Shown one piece after another: positions 26,878 to 39,965 of a stretch of 63,550 bases of DNA. The position numbers and the translations under genes are program-made. The notes beneath the pieces are model-generated. The model saw only the letters and a list, made by a program, of their open reading frames with translations. It was not told the DNA's origin and did no database searches. The stretch spans positions 56,825,725 through 56,889,274 of the forward strand of contig NC_068981.1 in the NCBI RefSeq assembly GCF_001194135.2, given 5' to 3'. This DNA comes from Octopus bimaculoides. Taxonomy: Eukaryota. Numbering within the stretch: position 1 is the stretch's first letter; each line of letters opens with the position of its first letter.

Positions 26878-27439
26878 GCCAAGAATTCACAACGACCGAC
26901 CTCGAACCCACAAGAGTAAAACAAGAGAGACAGAGACAAGCAGAAACAAGGAAAATGCCCCTTGTATTTGAATACTATGCAGATATTCTTTTAAAAACTT
27001 TTCTTTTAACTTTTCCAAAATTTAATTGTTTTCCATACTTACAGTTGAAAAGTTTCAATGACTGAAACTAGTGCTGAAATGCTTTTTATCAAATTATNNN
27101 NNNNNNNNNNNNNNNNNNNNNNNNNNNNNNNNNNNNNNNNNNNNNNNNNNNNNNNNNNNNNNNNNNNNNNNNNNNNNNNNNNNNNNNNNNNNNNNNNNNN
27201 NNNNNNNNNNNNNNNTATATATATATATATATATATTCATTTCGTCAAGTGGTAGACGAATTGTCCAAAGGCAACACAGTCTAGCCGAAGGCAAGGCAAA
27301 CTACATAGAGCCGCTGCAACGAAAACATGTATGCTGTACATTATGCAAAATGGTTGGTGTTAGGATGGGTATCTAGATGTAGAAATTATGCTAAAACTTA
27401 GTCGTCTAAGTAGAATTTGGTGGTTCCATTCCTCAAGGA

Positions 27440-27535
27440 GGGCTGGTGAGCCAATAAAAATTATTCAAATCCTGTCGAACCGTCCAACTCACGGTAGTAT
27501 GGAAAACGGATTTAAAATGATGATTAGGAGGAGGA
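27440..27535 (+). mobile_element. RTE-type LINE 3' tail remnant
   Basis: cctgtcgaaccgtccaactcacggtagtatggaaaacggatttaaaatgatgat resembles an abundant Octopus RTE 3' end (recalled, not searched). Confidence 0.5.
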
Positions 27536-28142
27536 TGAAATCGACGATGAAGAGAAAGGGGAGAAGGAGCAGGAGAAAGTACATATCTAAGAATGTATGG
27601 ATGCTTGCTTGTATGAATATGATTACTTGTATAGCTTGCGTACATATGTACACAAAATATGCACAGGATATAGACCTGACTACTGATTGTATAGTTAAAA
27701 TAATATTCATTATTGATTCTTTTTATTGTAATGCATATTTACGTCGAAGTTTTGCTGAGAATGGCTTTCTCAAAACTGTTTTGTGAAATCAGCAATAATA
27801 GTTAATGTTAATAATTTCAAAAATTATTAATAAACGACATTGCATATTATCTATTGTTTAGTACCAGACATATTATCTCCGTTACTAAACGATGCGCTTG
27901 GAATTATAAATTTATACAGAAATAGATATATTGATCAAATAGATAACAATATATAACTTTACTCACAAACAAATGCAATAAAGCATTATAGATACTATAG
28001 AAAAAAAAGAGAGGGGAAATACTAGTAAATAATACTGTGGAAAATGGTTGTTTAATGCTCTATTATCTGCACCCTATTATTTATAACTTTCTACTCCGAG
28101 TTCATCCTTTAAGCCAAAAAGAAAACGAATTATTTCATAAAG

Positions 28143-28187
<45 letters not shown>

Positions 28188-28239
28188 GCGTGTGTGTGTG
28201 TGTGTGCGTGCGTGTGTGTGTGTGTGTGTGTGTACATGC

Positions 28240-28498
28240 GAAGGCACATGGCTTAGTGGCTCGGGTGTTGCACTCACGACTGCGAGATCGTGGGCTCGAT
28301 TCCCAGACCGGGCGTTGCATCGTTTTCTTGAGCAAGGCACTTCATTTCACGTCGCTCTGCGATCATTTTGACATCTGACACGTGGCACTCGTTACACCTG
28401 TACAGGCAATGTCGATCTGATGGAGAGGGTGAGCTTATGTCTACACAGACATTTGATCACCATAAACTTATCATCTGTGTGGTTTTTCGGTAAGAAAG
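28240..28498 (+). mobile_element. tRNA-derived SINE family C variant
   Basis: tggcttagtgg A-box, ctcgattccc B-box, cttgagcaaggcacttcatttcac; the head matches 51077-51200. Confidence 0.8.
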
Positions 28499-28499
28499 T

Positions 28500-30285
28500 T
28501 AATTCTTTATTAGCCACTAGGGCCTAACATACAGAGACGATACAAGACAGACAAGGTGGGGACACGCATAAAAAGCGTGTACACAGTTTTAACAAAGGTA
28601 AACGGCTAAAAATTGCAAGTCTAAACATATAAAACAACAGTGTACCCAAGAGGGGGAGTATTCTGGTTGGTCGTGGAGACCCCATAAGCCACAAGATAAC
28701 CTTACCGCTAGGGAAGAAGCCTAGAAGTTTAAGCCCAAGTTAGATCAATTCATTCAAACCATTCGTACAATTTTTACCCATTTTTGCACGACTAACTCCA
28801 GTATCTTGAGGTCGTTGAGAAAGGACCCTTGCTTCCAAAACGATCCTAGGCCACACACATTTAAGCAGCCCAACTTGAGCATTGTTTGTGTTGATTGCAG
28901 TGAGACTTACTATTGGTTTTGGTAATGTGGATGATGAAGTTGGTGGTCGTGTGTCTGTAATGTGAGGAGGAGCTGGGATGGTAACCTTTTTGCATTTTTC
29001 CTTTTGGGGTTACCCCTCCACTCTTTGTTTGCTTCTATGGTGGTTTCTGGGTCAAACTTGAGAAGTGGTAGATTAGGCAGGTTGTTATTTGTCGAAGTAG
29101 TTTCTCCCTTTCGTGCTGTTGTTGTCGGTTCTATAGTGTTCTTAGTGTTGCTCTCTTGGGTATTCTTGGCTGCTGTTGCAAATGGCGTCCCTTCCAATGT
29201 GGGTGGTTCTGCTGCTACTTCTACTGTTGCTGCTTCTGTGGTGATCTTCGTTGCCGTTTTTGTATCTGTTGATGTTTTCTCTGCACACTGTGCAGTCGTT
29301 GCTGCTTTGGGTAGTGATGGGGTTAAATTTGATGCATCCCGTGTTTGCTGCTGTAGGTGTTGCTGTGGAGTCTCATTTGCTGGAGGGGAGCGTTTCTTGT
29401 TTGTTCTCAGTTGGCAAAGGACTTTGAGATGGTCCCTTTACCCGCAGAGATAACACCTTGGTTTGCGTCTCTCCACCGATATGTGCAACTTTGCTCCTTC
29501 GGGCAAGTGGATGATGCCTAGAATGCTTTCAAGGGCCTGCTGATTTGCCTGATTAAGAGTTCTAGACCCTGTCCCCTCCAGTTTTGTTGGTGTAATTTAT
29601 TTATCTGTAGTATATCAATGTTTTCCTCGTTATGAAGCAGGACGGCCGCCACCACTCAAAGGACGTCAGTCTCAGGGGGCACCTCCCCAATCTTTATTTT
29701 TGATACTCGCCGTCCGAAGTATGTTGGCAGGAACACTAGTTCGTCCGTTTTTAGGGGCATTGTGGCGTGTAGTTTGGCTTTGTCTTCCGAGTCGAACCTG
29801 GCTTCCACGGTGTCAGATCTTTTCCCTCTAGCCACGTATTTAATTTTATTCTTGATGGGCTGCAAACACTTTTCGATAAGTTCCTTTGGTGTATGGTCAA
29901 TTTTTTTTGTCTTTTAGTGATAGAGTTTTATAAATTACAGTTCGTTGTAAGGTGCGCTGTGAGATTTCACTAAGTAGAGTTAAAGAGACATTTGTGCCAT
30001 TTTTCTGAATTAGGTTTTTGAACATTTTCAAATCTTCAACATCTATTTTTAGTTGCTCTTGGACTTTAGCTACAGCTTCGAAACCGACACTGTTAGGTTT
30101 AATAACCTTTTTTTTCCGAGATTTACTGTTGTTTTCCTGGTTCTGGTAGCGTTGGAAAATGTTTGTGTGCTTTCGACTGCAAGTACTTCTTTCCTCAACC
30201 TCCTTTTCGTAATGAGGGAGAGGAGGAAATGTTACTTCGTAGGCTCGAGGAATCTGTGAAGAGATCAACAATCGACTTCACATTT
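28500..30285 (-). mobile_element. L1/Tx1-like LINE derivative: near-complete ORF1 (zinc knuckle), 32 aa of the ORF2 endonuclease fused to the ORF2 C-terminus, and 3' UTR
   Basis: ORF1 pieces 29897-30271, 29656-29865 and a read-through to 28910, with a CYLCG*RDHLKVLC CCHC knuckle at 29414-29455. ATG at 28882: MLKLGCLNVCGLGSFWKQGSFLNDLKILELVV|QKWVKIVRMV*. The 3' end gccctagtggctaataaa matches the element at 38505. Confidence 0.8.
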
Positions 30286-30289
30286 CTGA

Positions 30290-31985
30290 CTCATGCACTC
30301 AAAGCTTCTTCCTAGGTGTTCTGGAATTTTTGACTCTGGTGAAGCGCTTCTGGCGGAGGAGCTAATGATGCTGGTTCGTTGGACATCGCACTCTGAGGAG
30401 TTGTATAAGGTGGACCTAACTAGTATTGTTCTGAATAACGTGATGCCTTCAGCACTGGTAACTAACGTGCCAGTCAGCTGCCGTCCACCGTTCGTAGATG
30501 AGATTCGTATGGTGGTAAATCAAGATGAATGGCGGGAAGGCAGCTGGTTTTTGTAACATCCATAAGGAGATGAACAAGAAAAGTGTGTCTGCTGCAATCT
30601 TTTTATTGTGACAGATCGTCTCAATTTGGAACAGTAGCATCGTACTGCTTGACTGAAAGAATAGCATAATTGTCCTTCTCAGGAAAGGTAAAAGGGACGG
30701 CCACAACAGCAATAAATATAACGCTATTGCACTCCTTTCAATTCCCGATAAGCTCTCTGCCATGGTTTTACTAACAGAATCATCTGCTCGCCTGTCAACG
30801 GCCGGAGCAGTCAGTGTTCGCGTCATAAAAGTCGAGGGTAACAGAATTCAGGCTCTCATCGACCGCAAGCGAGATTTTCAGCAAAGACTTCTTGCAGCTT
30901 ATGTCGACCTTCGCAAGGCATTTGACTCGGTGGACAGAAATGTGTTCTGGGGGACTCTGAAGTTGCAAGATATATCTCCCCGACTGATTGGGCTTATAGT
31001 GACCTTATACACTGCAACAGTGTGGACAGATCGGATTGGGAGCGCAAATTTAGCTTTCTCCCTGATAGATCTGGAGTCCGTCAGGGTTCTGTTTTGGCTC
31101 CCTTTTTGTTTCATTTATGCATGAACGGAATACTTGCCTGAATGATGACTTGATCATATGGTGAAGGACTCATTGGGGAAACTAGGATTACTGACCAGGA
31201 TTTTGATGATGATAAGGTTATTCTTGCAGAACAGCTGGATGCTTTAAGGAGTGCCCTCCTTTCACCAAGCGAAGAAGCGGGACCACTTGGCTTTAGAGTT
31301 TCTTGGGTCAAGATTAAAATTCAGTCTTTTGGGGGGGGGGCTCTCAGGGAGACTCCATTTCGTCAGTCGCTTTTACGGTTGAGAATTTCAAGGTTGTTTA
31401 CCGCTTCACTTACTTCAGCAATGTGTTCCATAGTAGCATTGGCTGCGAGTTCTGGACTCATTTGGACAAGGGTGTTTGGCGCTGCCGATCTCTGAGCAGG
31501 AGGACAAAGGTTGGGGTCATCAGGCCTCTGGTCTTCCCTAGCCTGTTCTATACAGGCGAGACTTGAACATTGACCAGGGAACTTAAGATCAACCTGAACT
31601 CCTTTGGTACCAAGACGCTTCGCAGGATAATGGGTTACCATTGGTCGGATTTGCATCCACACAACGACTATAATCAGAAACTGGGATGCTTTTTGTTGCC
31701 TGCATGATTCTGGAACGTTAATTCACTCTGTATGGTCAAGTTGCTCGACTTTTCTACTTGGATTCTACGTATCGTGTTCTCTTCACTGAGGATCTGGTTA
31801 GGGTGATGGCTCGTGTTGGTCGACCACAGGCCACACAATCAAGGTGGTTGAGAAAGTATCTCGTGGATATGGGGGCTGAATGGCACACTGATCAGAGGAT
31901 ACTAAGAATGACCCGAGTAAATACCGAAAAATGGTGGATGCAACGACACGCTGCAACGGCGCATGCCTCCATACCTGACCTGACT
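30290..31985 (+). mobile_element. RTE-clade LINE, degenerate RT domain to 3' end
   Basis: LVRWTSHSEELY, AAYVDLRKAFDSVDR, SGVRQGSVLAP, DDKVILAE, GETWTLT..LRRIMGYHW; the 3' end catacctgacctgac is a typical RTE tail. Confidence 0.9.
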
Positions 31986-33512
31986 CTGGTTCAACAATAC
32001 AGATATTATTGAACTTTTGGCGTGATACCGAGATTTAATATTAAGATTAACTTTCACCACAATTTTATCTCATAGTAAGACATTATTTTCATTGAACTTG
32101 GATTTTGTAGTTTTAGGATAAGTTGCTGTTTTTACATGCTAGAGTGAGGGTACCTTAATTTTAGATCAAGTGTTTATTTTCTTTTCTTTTTTTTTTACAT
32201 GAAATGCTAAAATGCAAGGATGATAACATTTTTATCAATGGAAGCAACCCAAGGCATACGTTCTGATACCACCGACAATTATAATTGAAACTGAAAGGCT
32301 GGGACAGTAATTTACGCATTTCATCTTGTAATTTGACCAATCGAGATGCTGAAGAAGTCAATCATTTCTTGTTAGTCGCCCACCTTCTTCAAATGTCTTA
32401 AACGTGAACTGTCAAAACATGTAATCTATAAGTAATTTGCGATACTTACATTTTGTAATTGTAGATTAATTTGTTAGTTTTACATTGCATTGTATGATAT
32501 TGGCATTCGTGTTACGATACAGTGATTTTTTATCTAGTTTACTTTTACACTATAATGAATATCAGTCAGAGGAGATAAGCATATGTCCTTCTGGAAAACT
32601 AAGCGCGGCTTCCTGAAGGAAATACAGTAGATTGGAAACTATTACGCTGGGATATATTTTTGTCGAATTAATTTAATTTCAATTAAAAATGTCAGGAACA
32701 GCCATTTATATTTCTTAATTTACACTTTCGGAAATTACTTTTGAAAATAAAAATAAGCTGCAGTCTAACACGTGTAAAGATGCACTGGATTTGTCACTAT
32801 GTTTTCCCCTTTAGAAATGGCTGCAGTCCCTTCTATATTTAATCAGTTTTGCACTAACAAAAGATTGCATAAAAAATTCAGAGTAATTTAGAGTACCTGT
32901 TAAAATTTGTTTACATTTTGTTAGATTTTTTGCATTTATGAAGAATTATTTTATAAGATAATCGAATTTTGACAGACTAAAATATTTTTAAAGCAACTTT
33001 ACGTCAGATGTCCGTTAGTTTCAATATTAACTTTCCTCTCCTTGTTTCCACCTTTTTTCACTCTTTCACAGATTACTCACTATTTTCTCTTTGCCGCTCT
33101 CTTTTTTGTTTCCTTGCCTCATTATTTTTATTGTTTCCTTTCACTACTCTTTCATACATCGTGTGTGTGCGTGCGTGCGCGCGTGCGCATGCGCGTGTGT
33201 ATGTGTGTGAGAGTGTGTGTGAGAGTGTGTGTGAGAGAGCGTGCGTGTGTGCGTGTGTACTTCATTTCATACCTCTTTTGTCCCAGAGTTTTCTCACTCT
33301 GTCGCTTCATTCTAATTTTGACTGTTAATACTTAAAATTATTTATTAGAAGCGTTTAAAATCTTAGAATTCCTGTATTTGTTAGGTTTCTCTTTACCAAG
33401 TACATAAAATAATTACGTAAGCCTGTGTATTATAGAATTTCCAATCGAGTCGAAAAGCGGGGATGCATAACTCGGAGTAACAAATATGTAGAAACCTGTT
33501 GTAATTGCTGTT

Positions 33513-33559
<47 letters not shown>

Positions 33560-34403
33560 ACATTTGTATGTATTCCCAGTTTCATATTTCTGATTGTTCA
33601 AACGATTAATAAAGCGGAACACTATCACATTAGATAAACAAAAATATTTGAACATACGTAGAGATATGATCGATTAATAGCACAGAGAGATTTGACTTAT
33701 TGCCAAATAATCAGTTGGAAAATGCAATGCATTTTCCTCTATTCATTGTCCTGTGCAGAAACACGTAATATTTTCATCCACTGGGTACGATATGCATAAA
33801 TACGTAGTATTATCCTTTCTTTAGTACAATGTGCAAAACCCACAGAAGTTGAAGAACCCTGTTTATTAATGATTATCCTTTGAAATATGGGACTACCTTT
33901 CAAATATGGCAACCCATTGTCTAAGAAATACATATTTGCCAGTCAGTTGGTAATTGGAAATTTCCCGATAAATAACGATGGAAGTGTCTGCAAGAATTCG
34001 TTAATTCAGTGTTTTGTTTTTATTGTCTTTTTTTTTTTTTTCAAAACTCCAAAAGACTGCAATAGAATGAAAATGATATATAACTTCGCGAGATTGAGAT
34101 CGTGCCGGTCAAAACTGCTGATACTGGAAAACGCGAGTTCTATAAAGAATTAAATGATCTTATAATTGTTGATATTATTATGCTTTAGGTTTTTAGATTC
34201 TAGATGTATTAGGATGAAATAGTGTGACGTGTTTCTGAGTCCAAATATTACATATTTTGCAAAAAAAAAAAAAATTTTAAACAACGTTTAGTGATCTTAC
34301 ATACCTGTGTGTGTGTGTGTATGTTTGTGTGTTTGAGAGAGTGTATGTGTGCGTGTATGTGTGTGTAGGTATGTGTGTGTGTGTGTGTGAGTGTGTGTGT
34401 GTG

Positions 34404-34435
<32 letters not shown>

Positions 34436-37400
34436 NNNNNNNNNNNNNNNNNNNNNNNNNNNNNNNNNNNNNNNNNNNNNNNNNNNNNNNNNNNNNNNNN
34501 NNNNNNNNNNNNNNNNNNNNNNNNNNNTGTGCATCTACATATTTTGGTCTTTTGTCCACGAAGAGAATGAGCCCAAGCCTTACTTAAATCTTTCAAAAGC
34601 AAGTATAATTAATGCCGATTATGTTCCGTTTAGACTGATGCAGTAGAAAAAATATGTGCAAGAAAGTGACCTAGAATGACTGACATTTTGGAGGATGGTC
34701 CAAATGTGATTGACTTGGAAATACGAGATAAGTGTGTCAGAAGAATCCGAAAAGAAATGTTATTGAACAGGCCAGTTCTGAGGAGCAAGGGTTACTCAAG
34801 CAGAGGTGGAAAATCAGAAAGAAGTGACATCACATCTGTAGGCCAGAGGCTGGAATTCATTTTTGAGTAACTTCTTGTCTATCAGTCGTATGGCTTTTCA
34901 AGACGCTGTCAAGGATGTTTGTGTATATGGCAATCATCCCTTTCAAATGTAGGAGAGGTGTTGCTGTGAGAGAAAATCATGATGTTTAAAACGTCTATGT
35001 TTGCTTTGAAATTTGTATATTATGTTGATTGTCTGAAGTACATTCTGTGGTTTGCTAGTTTGTGGTTTCATTTTAAAGGAAGTTCTTCATTTTGGTGAAT
35101 ATGTGATTCGATCTCATTCATATTGTGTTCTGCTTTATGAGTTTTTGTTTTGATTATATATTCGCCTATTTCATAATCAGAGTTCATTTGTTTCATCTAA
35201 CAACAAAATACTAGCCTAAATCAAACGCACACATATATCACATAAAATAAGGCAGGAAACCTTCAAAGCCTATTATTGACTAATTGTAAAATGTAGATTT
35301 GATGATTTCATCAGGTCTAAAATTATTCCGATGACCATACTTACTGCAAAACCTGCAGCTATATTCTGAAAATTGTTCTGTGAAGGTCTCAAAACGTTAT
35401 TCCATGCTAAACATAAAGGACTAATAAAGAAATACGAAAAGATCTTTGATATAAAGAACAAATTTGAACATAGTCGTATTGTTGATATAATTCACACGCA
35501 TACACATATACTCGCGACACACATACACATACTTATATACAGAGAGAGGGGGAGAGTGAGCGATTTATGGAAAATATTTCCTATAGCCAACTTGACTAAA
35601 ACAAGAACGAAGGATAAATAGAAACTGTGCCGTAGCAGATCAAACGTTTTACAATGTTTGGACTACGCTCAGTGTCCATTTCTCCTCATGGTTAATTTTG
35701 CCTTCATCTCTTTTGCCATCAATAAAATAAGTAGCAGTCATACAATGGAGTCAATTCTATGGAAAACACTATTTAGCAACATATTTTTGGTCAGCTGCTC
35801 ATGTAAGAAGTCATTATTCAAATGTTAAACGTTTTAAATTTCAAGAACTAAAACCAGAAGTAACTTCCTTAAAATGCGTGCAAAAAATTGTGTATGAAGA
35901 AAAAGAAAAAGAAATAGTTGGAAGTTGTTTTTAGCACTAAAACAAAATTTCATTAACGAAATATATGTATACCGAAAAAACATTTTTCTCGGAGACTATC
36001 AAGAGAGAGAGAGAGGAGGAGATGGAGAGAGAAAAGGAAAACTAAAAGCTAGGAAGCCTCGTTAACTGATGTTGTATCGTGGGCTTCCCTTGGGACAGCC
36101 GTAAGTGATGGATGTATATCAGTGCAACGATCCGATGTCTAACATCGACGTACAATGCTAACATGAAGAAATAACGTTATTAAATTTTTGGAAACTCAGC
36201 CAAATTCTCTATTTGAATCAGCAGGTGTCTTTTAACATACATATGGCTCACCGAGTTAATTGTATATACTTACCAACCGCAAATTTGATCGAAAAAAAAT
36301 AACAGAAAGAAAATTTGTGTAACCGAAGAGATTGAAAATTTAAGCAAAAGAAGACTAAGAATAAGATAATATCTATCTTGCTGCTGAAAATTCTCGCAGT
36401 TTTGTTGACTTTAGAAAGACTGTTTGTAGATTAATGAAATATTTAATTATGGTTTAAAACGCAATTTGTGCTCTAGTATCACGTGAGCTGTTTTAAAGTG
36501 TGACCGTTTGTGTATTTGTGAATAAGGTTCCGTTTCTGTTTTGTCCAAAGCATAGACATTCACCTTACAAACTGGATACTATCATAATCTTTCCATCTAT
36601 CAAAACATTCTCTGAATCGAATAACACCCGTCCCCACGCGCGCACATACATCCCCGCCAGAAACACACACATACTCACACACATATACATACACTTCGCC
36701 AATGGAATTAATCATTAGACACAACTATTAAAACTCTTATATTCTCGGAAATAATACCAAAACAGTAGAGTATTTTAAAAGGAAGAAATGACTGATTTAG
36801 GATCTCATTGATACCGATGAAATGCTAAACATCCAATGAGATACAAGTCGTAATAGCTACTTAACACATTATTGAGCCACTAGTGGATAGCAATGTCACA
36901 CGACATACTTATTTGTAAACTAATGACACAAATGAATGTGTTTATAAGCGCTCCCAGCTGGAATTAACCACTAATAGACAAATGAATATACCAAATTAAC
37001 AAGCAGCGTATAAACGAAACAAAACTGGAACTAAATTTTCACCTGCTTTATTTGCAAAAATATTTTGGAGTTGAAAAACTTTAAAATTTGGATGACAACT
37101 GATTGGATGAAAGTAGCCATTTTCTAAATTTAAATATTTTATTTGAGAATCTAAACTACTGAAATTTTTTATGACCAATATTTCTATTACGCATTACAAT
37201 ACATTGACATCACAACTCACTCCTTTTCAACGTGAAAGATTGCTAACTATTTGAAACTAAACATAAACAGAATGAAATGTCTGGAATGTGAAAAGGCTTC
37301 TCAGACTTTGAAAGTAACAAACATGGATTGAAGAAATTGCGAGTTAGAAATATGAAAGCGAAAATTTATTCAATATATCATTTCACGTGTAGTAATCTGA

Positions 37401-37487
37401 AGAACCAAAATCAACATTATCATTTAAAGTTCAAGCATACATTTGAAATTTAAACATACATGTTAAGTGTTGAAAATACTTTAACAA

Positions 37488-37805
37488 GCACTCCGTCGGT
37501 TACGACGATGCGGGTTCCAGTTAATCCAATCAATGGAACAGCCTGTTCGTGAACTTAACATGCAAATGGCTGAGCACTCCACAGACACGCACGTCCTTAA
37601 CGTAGTTCTCAAGGAGATTCAGCGTGACACAGAAAGCGACAAGGCTGGCACTTTGAATTACAGGTACTACTCTCATTTTTGCCAGCTGAATGGACTGGAG
37701 CAACGAGGAATAAAATGCCTTGCTAAACGCGCTGCCTGGAATCGAACTCACAACCTTACGATCGTGAGCCGAATACTCCTAACGACGAAGCACTTAGGCA
37801 CACGC
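37488..37805 (-). mobile_element. tRNA-derived SINE family C
   Basis: The reverse complement aligns with 51077-51400 over ~310 bp. Confidence 0.85.
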
Positions 37806-37892
37806 CTTCCCTGAAAATACTTTACGGATTTCAAATTTATTGTAAGAAACTGTGAACGAACCGTAAGTTTTCATATTTAAATGTTATCAGTC

Positions 37893-37894
<2 letters not shown>

Positions 37895-37957
<63 letters not shown>
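37895..37957. repeat. (TAG)n microsatellite
   Basis: Seen directly. Confidence 0.95.
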
Positions 37958-37999
37958 TGAGGAAGAGGAGGAGAATCTTTTCCCACAGTTGTTACAGGA

Positions 38000-38410
38000 A
38001 TAGACAAAGAAATTGAATTTGCTTACTGAGTGATCCATCATGTCCATTTGATAGCAGGATTGAGAAGAAAGCAGATGAAAAGTTGAAAAACTACAACCAC
38101 TTAAAATTTGAGATTGCGGAGATTTGGAAGATGAAATCTGTAATGGTTGTACCTGTGATAAATGATGCATTAGAGACCGTGAGTAATGACATAGACAAAT
38201 GTATGAAGGAGATTTGAATGGAATGTCTTGTAGAGCTTCTACTGAAAGTTTGCCTCTTAGGAACAAGAAAGATCATCAGAAGAGTTTGGAGCTATTAATA
38301 CCTTATTGGAATCATGTGGTTATTTAATATTACATGTAGTGATCCGCTATCCACATGAATTCTACCAGGAATAAGACTAATCTTGAGTCAAGTCGAATAA
38401 TACTAATAAT
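38000..38410 (+). mobile_element. REL-endonuclease LINE (R4/Dong-like) 3' fragment
   Basis: RIEKKADEKLKNYNHLKFEIAEIWKMKSVMVVPVI..LETV..LLLKVCLLGTRKIIRRV fits the KExEKxxKY..PVVIGALG..LQKxxLLGT consensus; ends in aataatactaataat. Confidence 0.75.
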
Positions 38411-38495
38411 GGTTTCAAATTTTAGCTCATGGCCAGCACTTTTACAGGAAGGGGTAAGGCAATTACATCGACCCAAGTGCGCAACCAAGTCGAAT
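38405..38495 (-). mobile_element. SINE family B 3' half
   Basis: Reverse complement gcgcacttgggtcgatgtaattgccttacccc...gctggccatgagctaaaatttgaaacc. Confidence 0.65.
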
Positions 38496-38504
38496 TATTT
38501 ATTC

Positions 38505-39965
38505 ATTTATTAGCCACAAGGGCTAATATAAACAGACATAAAATAACATGCAACAATACAAAAGACAACACAAAACGATACAAAGAATTTTCCACTTGTA
38601 AACAATAAAAAACAATAAGAATCAAACTTGTAAAACTCCCAATAGGGGTAGGCGCTTGAAGGTTAATTGTGGAAAAGCCCACAAAAGCCACGGATACCTG
38701 ACCAATAGGGCAAGAGCACTTCTTTTATTTTTCACAGGTGTATACTCAGAATTGGTCCTTTCACACTGAGCATTCTTCCAACATTCACCCACTTTTCAAT
38801 AAACTTGTTAGAAGGCAACACTTCCCTCTCCGCCCTCACTTTCCTCTTCAAGTGAAGTTTGAAGAAGTTGATGAGGAGTTAGCCAAAGAGAAATGTTACT
38901 GACTTTAGCCCATTCAAACGAGTCCACCATACTACCTCTTTCGCTACAGCCACCAGCCAAATAAAAATTGCCTGCTCCTCCTGGCCAAAGGAGGGCTGCG
39001 GGGCAATCTTCACTGTGGATTCAGCTAGTAGCCGGATCCATTCTACACGCGACAGCAGGTGTTCAATAAAAACCCACAGGTCAGCAATGCTCGGACACTG
39101 GACGAGGACGTGCAGAACGGTTTCGTCACTCTGCGCGCACCTCGGCTGACTGCACCTTTGTGTCTGTAAAGTCTATCCCGAACTGGCAGCGCCCCTCGGT
39201 AGCACTGCCGGGTGAGGGATTTCTGGAAGTTATCCATAGGCCCAGGCCCGAAAGTTCTCCGAAATAAATCAGTAAGTTGATCCTCGTTGACGCCCAGAGT
39301 TTCCCCGAGAACGTCGTCGCACTTTCCCTCCACTAACCCTCTATAGAACGCTAGAGTGGAACTACCACCGACCGCACTGCCTGCCTGGAGGAGGGCTGTG
39401 AGCGATTGACGGCACACGAGGTGCCAAGCGCCCTTCTTCGGTCCACGCCTAATCCAGGATTGCAGCTCAGTCAAAGAGACCAGCTGTGGAAGAGCGAGTC
39501 TGACAAACGGCGATTACACCTACTCACCGTCAAGGAAACGCTGGAGATGCCGTAGCCTGAGCGCATGTTTGTACATCAGCAAACACGACATGCCCAAACC
39601 CTCATTCAGTGGCTGTTGACAGCAGATGGAGCGCCTTACTAGTGGAATGCGACCCCTCCACAGAAAGCGGAAGAATATGCGAACCAGCTTGTTCAACCAG
39701 CATAAGGGACAAGGGACGATGGTCAAGCGGTAATAGATGACAGATGCGATGTACGCATTCGCCACCTCGGCTCGGCCTTTCAGAGACAGCTTCCTTTCGG
39801 CCCATTTCTAGATTAGATTGGCCACCCTGTTCGTCACCTCGTCCCAGTTTTTCTCCGCCTGGAGGTCTGGACGGAACCAGACCCCGAGCAATATAACTGG
39901 ACCGTCTTCCCAGCACCCCACGACGCTGTATGTGGATCCTAGCCTGGTGGGAACGTGGAGTTATT
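38505..39965 (-). mobile_element. L1/Tx1-clade LINE, 5'-truncated ORF2 C-terminus plus 3' UTR
   Basis: VILLGVWF..KNWDEVTNRV..KLSLKGRAEVANAYIASVIYYRL..FFRFLW..EGLGM, ALPVRDRLYRH, HLKRKVRAER..KFIEKWVNVGRM; 3' end gcccttgtggctaataaa. Confidence 0.85.

Noticed and set aside
28962-29453. 163-aa hydrophobic plus-strand ORF suggesting a membrane protein
   Set aside because: It is the antisense shadow of the A/C-rich, Thr/Lys-rich LINE ORF1.
33739-33933. Cadherin-like words (DNGLP, ILRVSAQD) in a 64-aa ORF
   Set aside because: Spacing does not fit a cadherin repeat, there is no DxNDN or LDRE motif, and a stop follows immediately.
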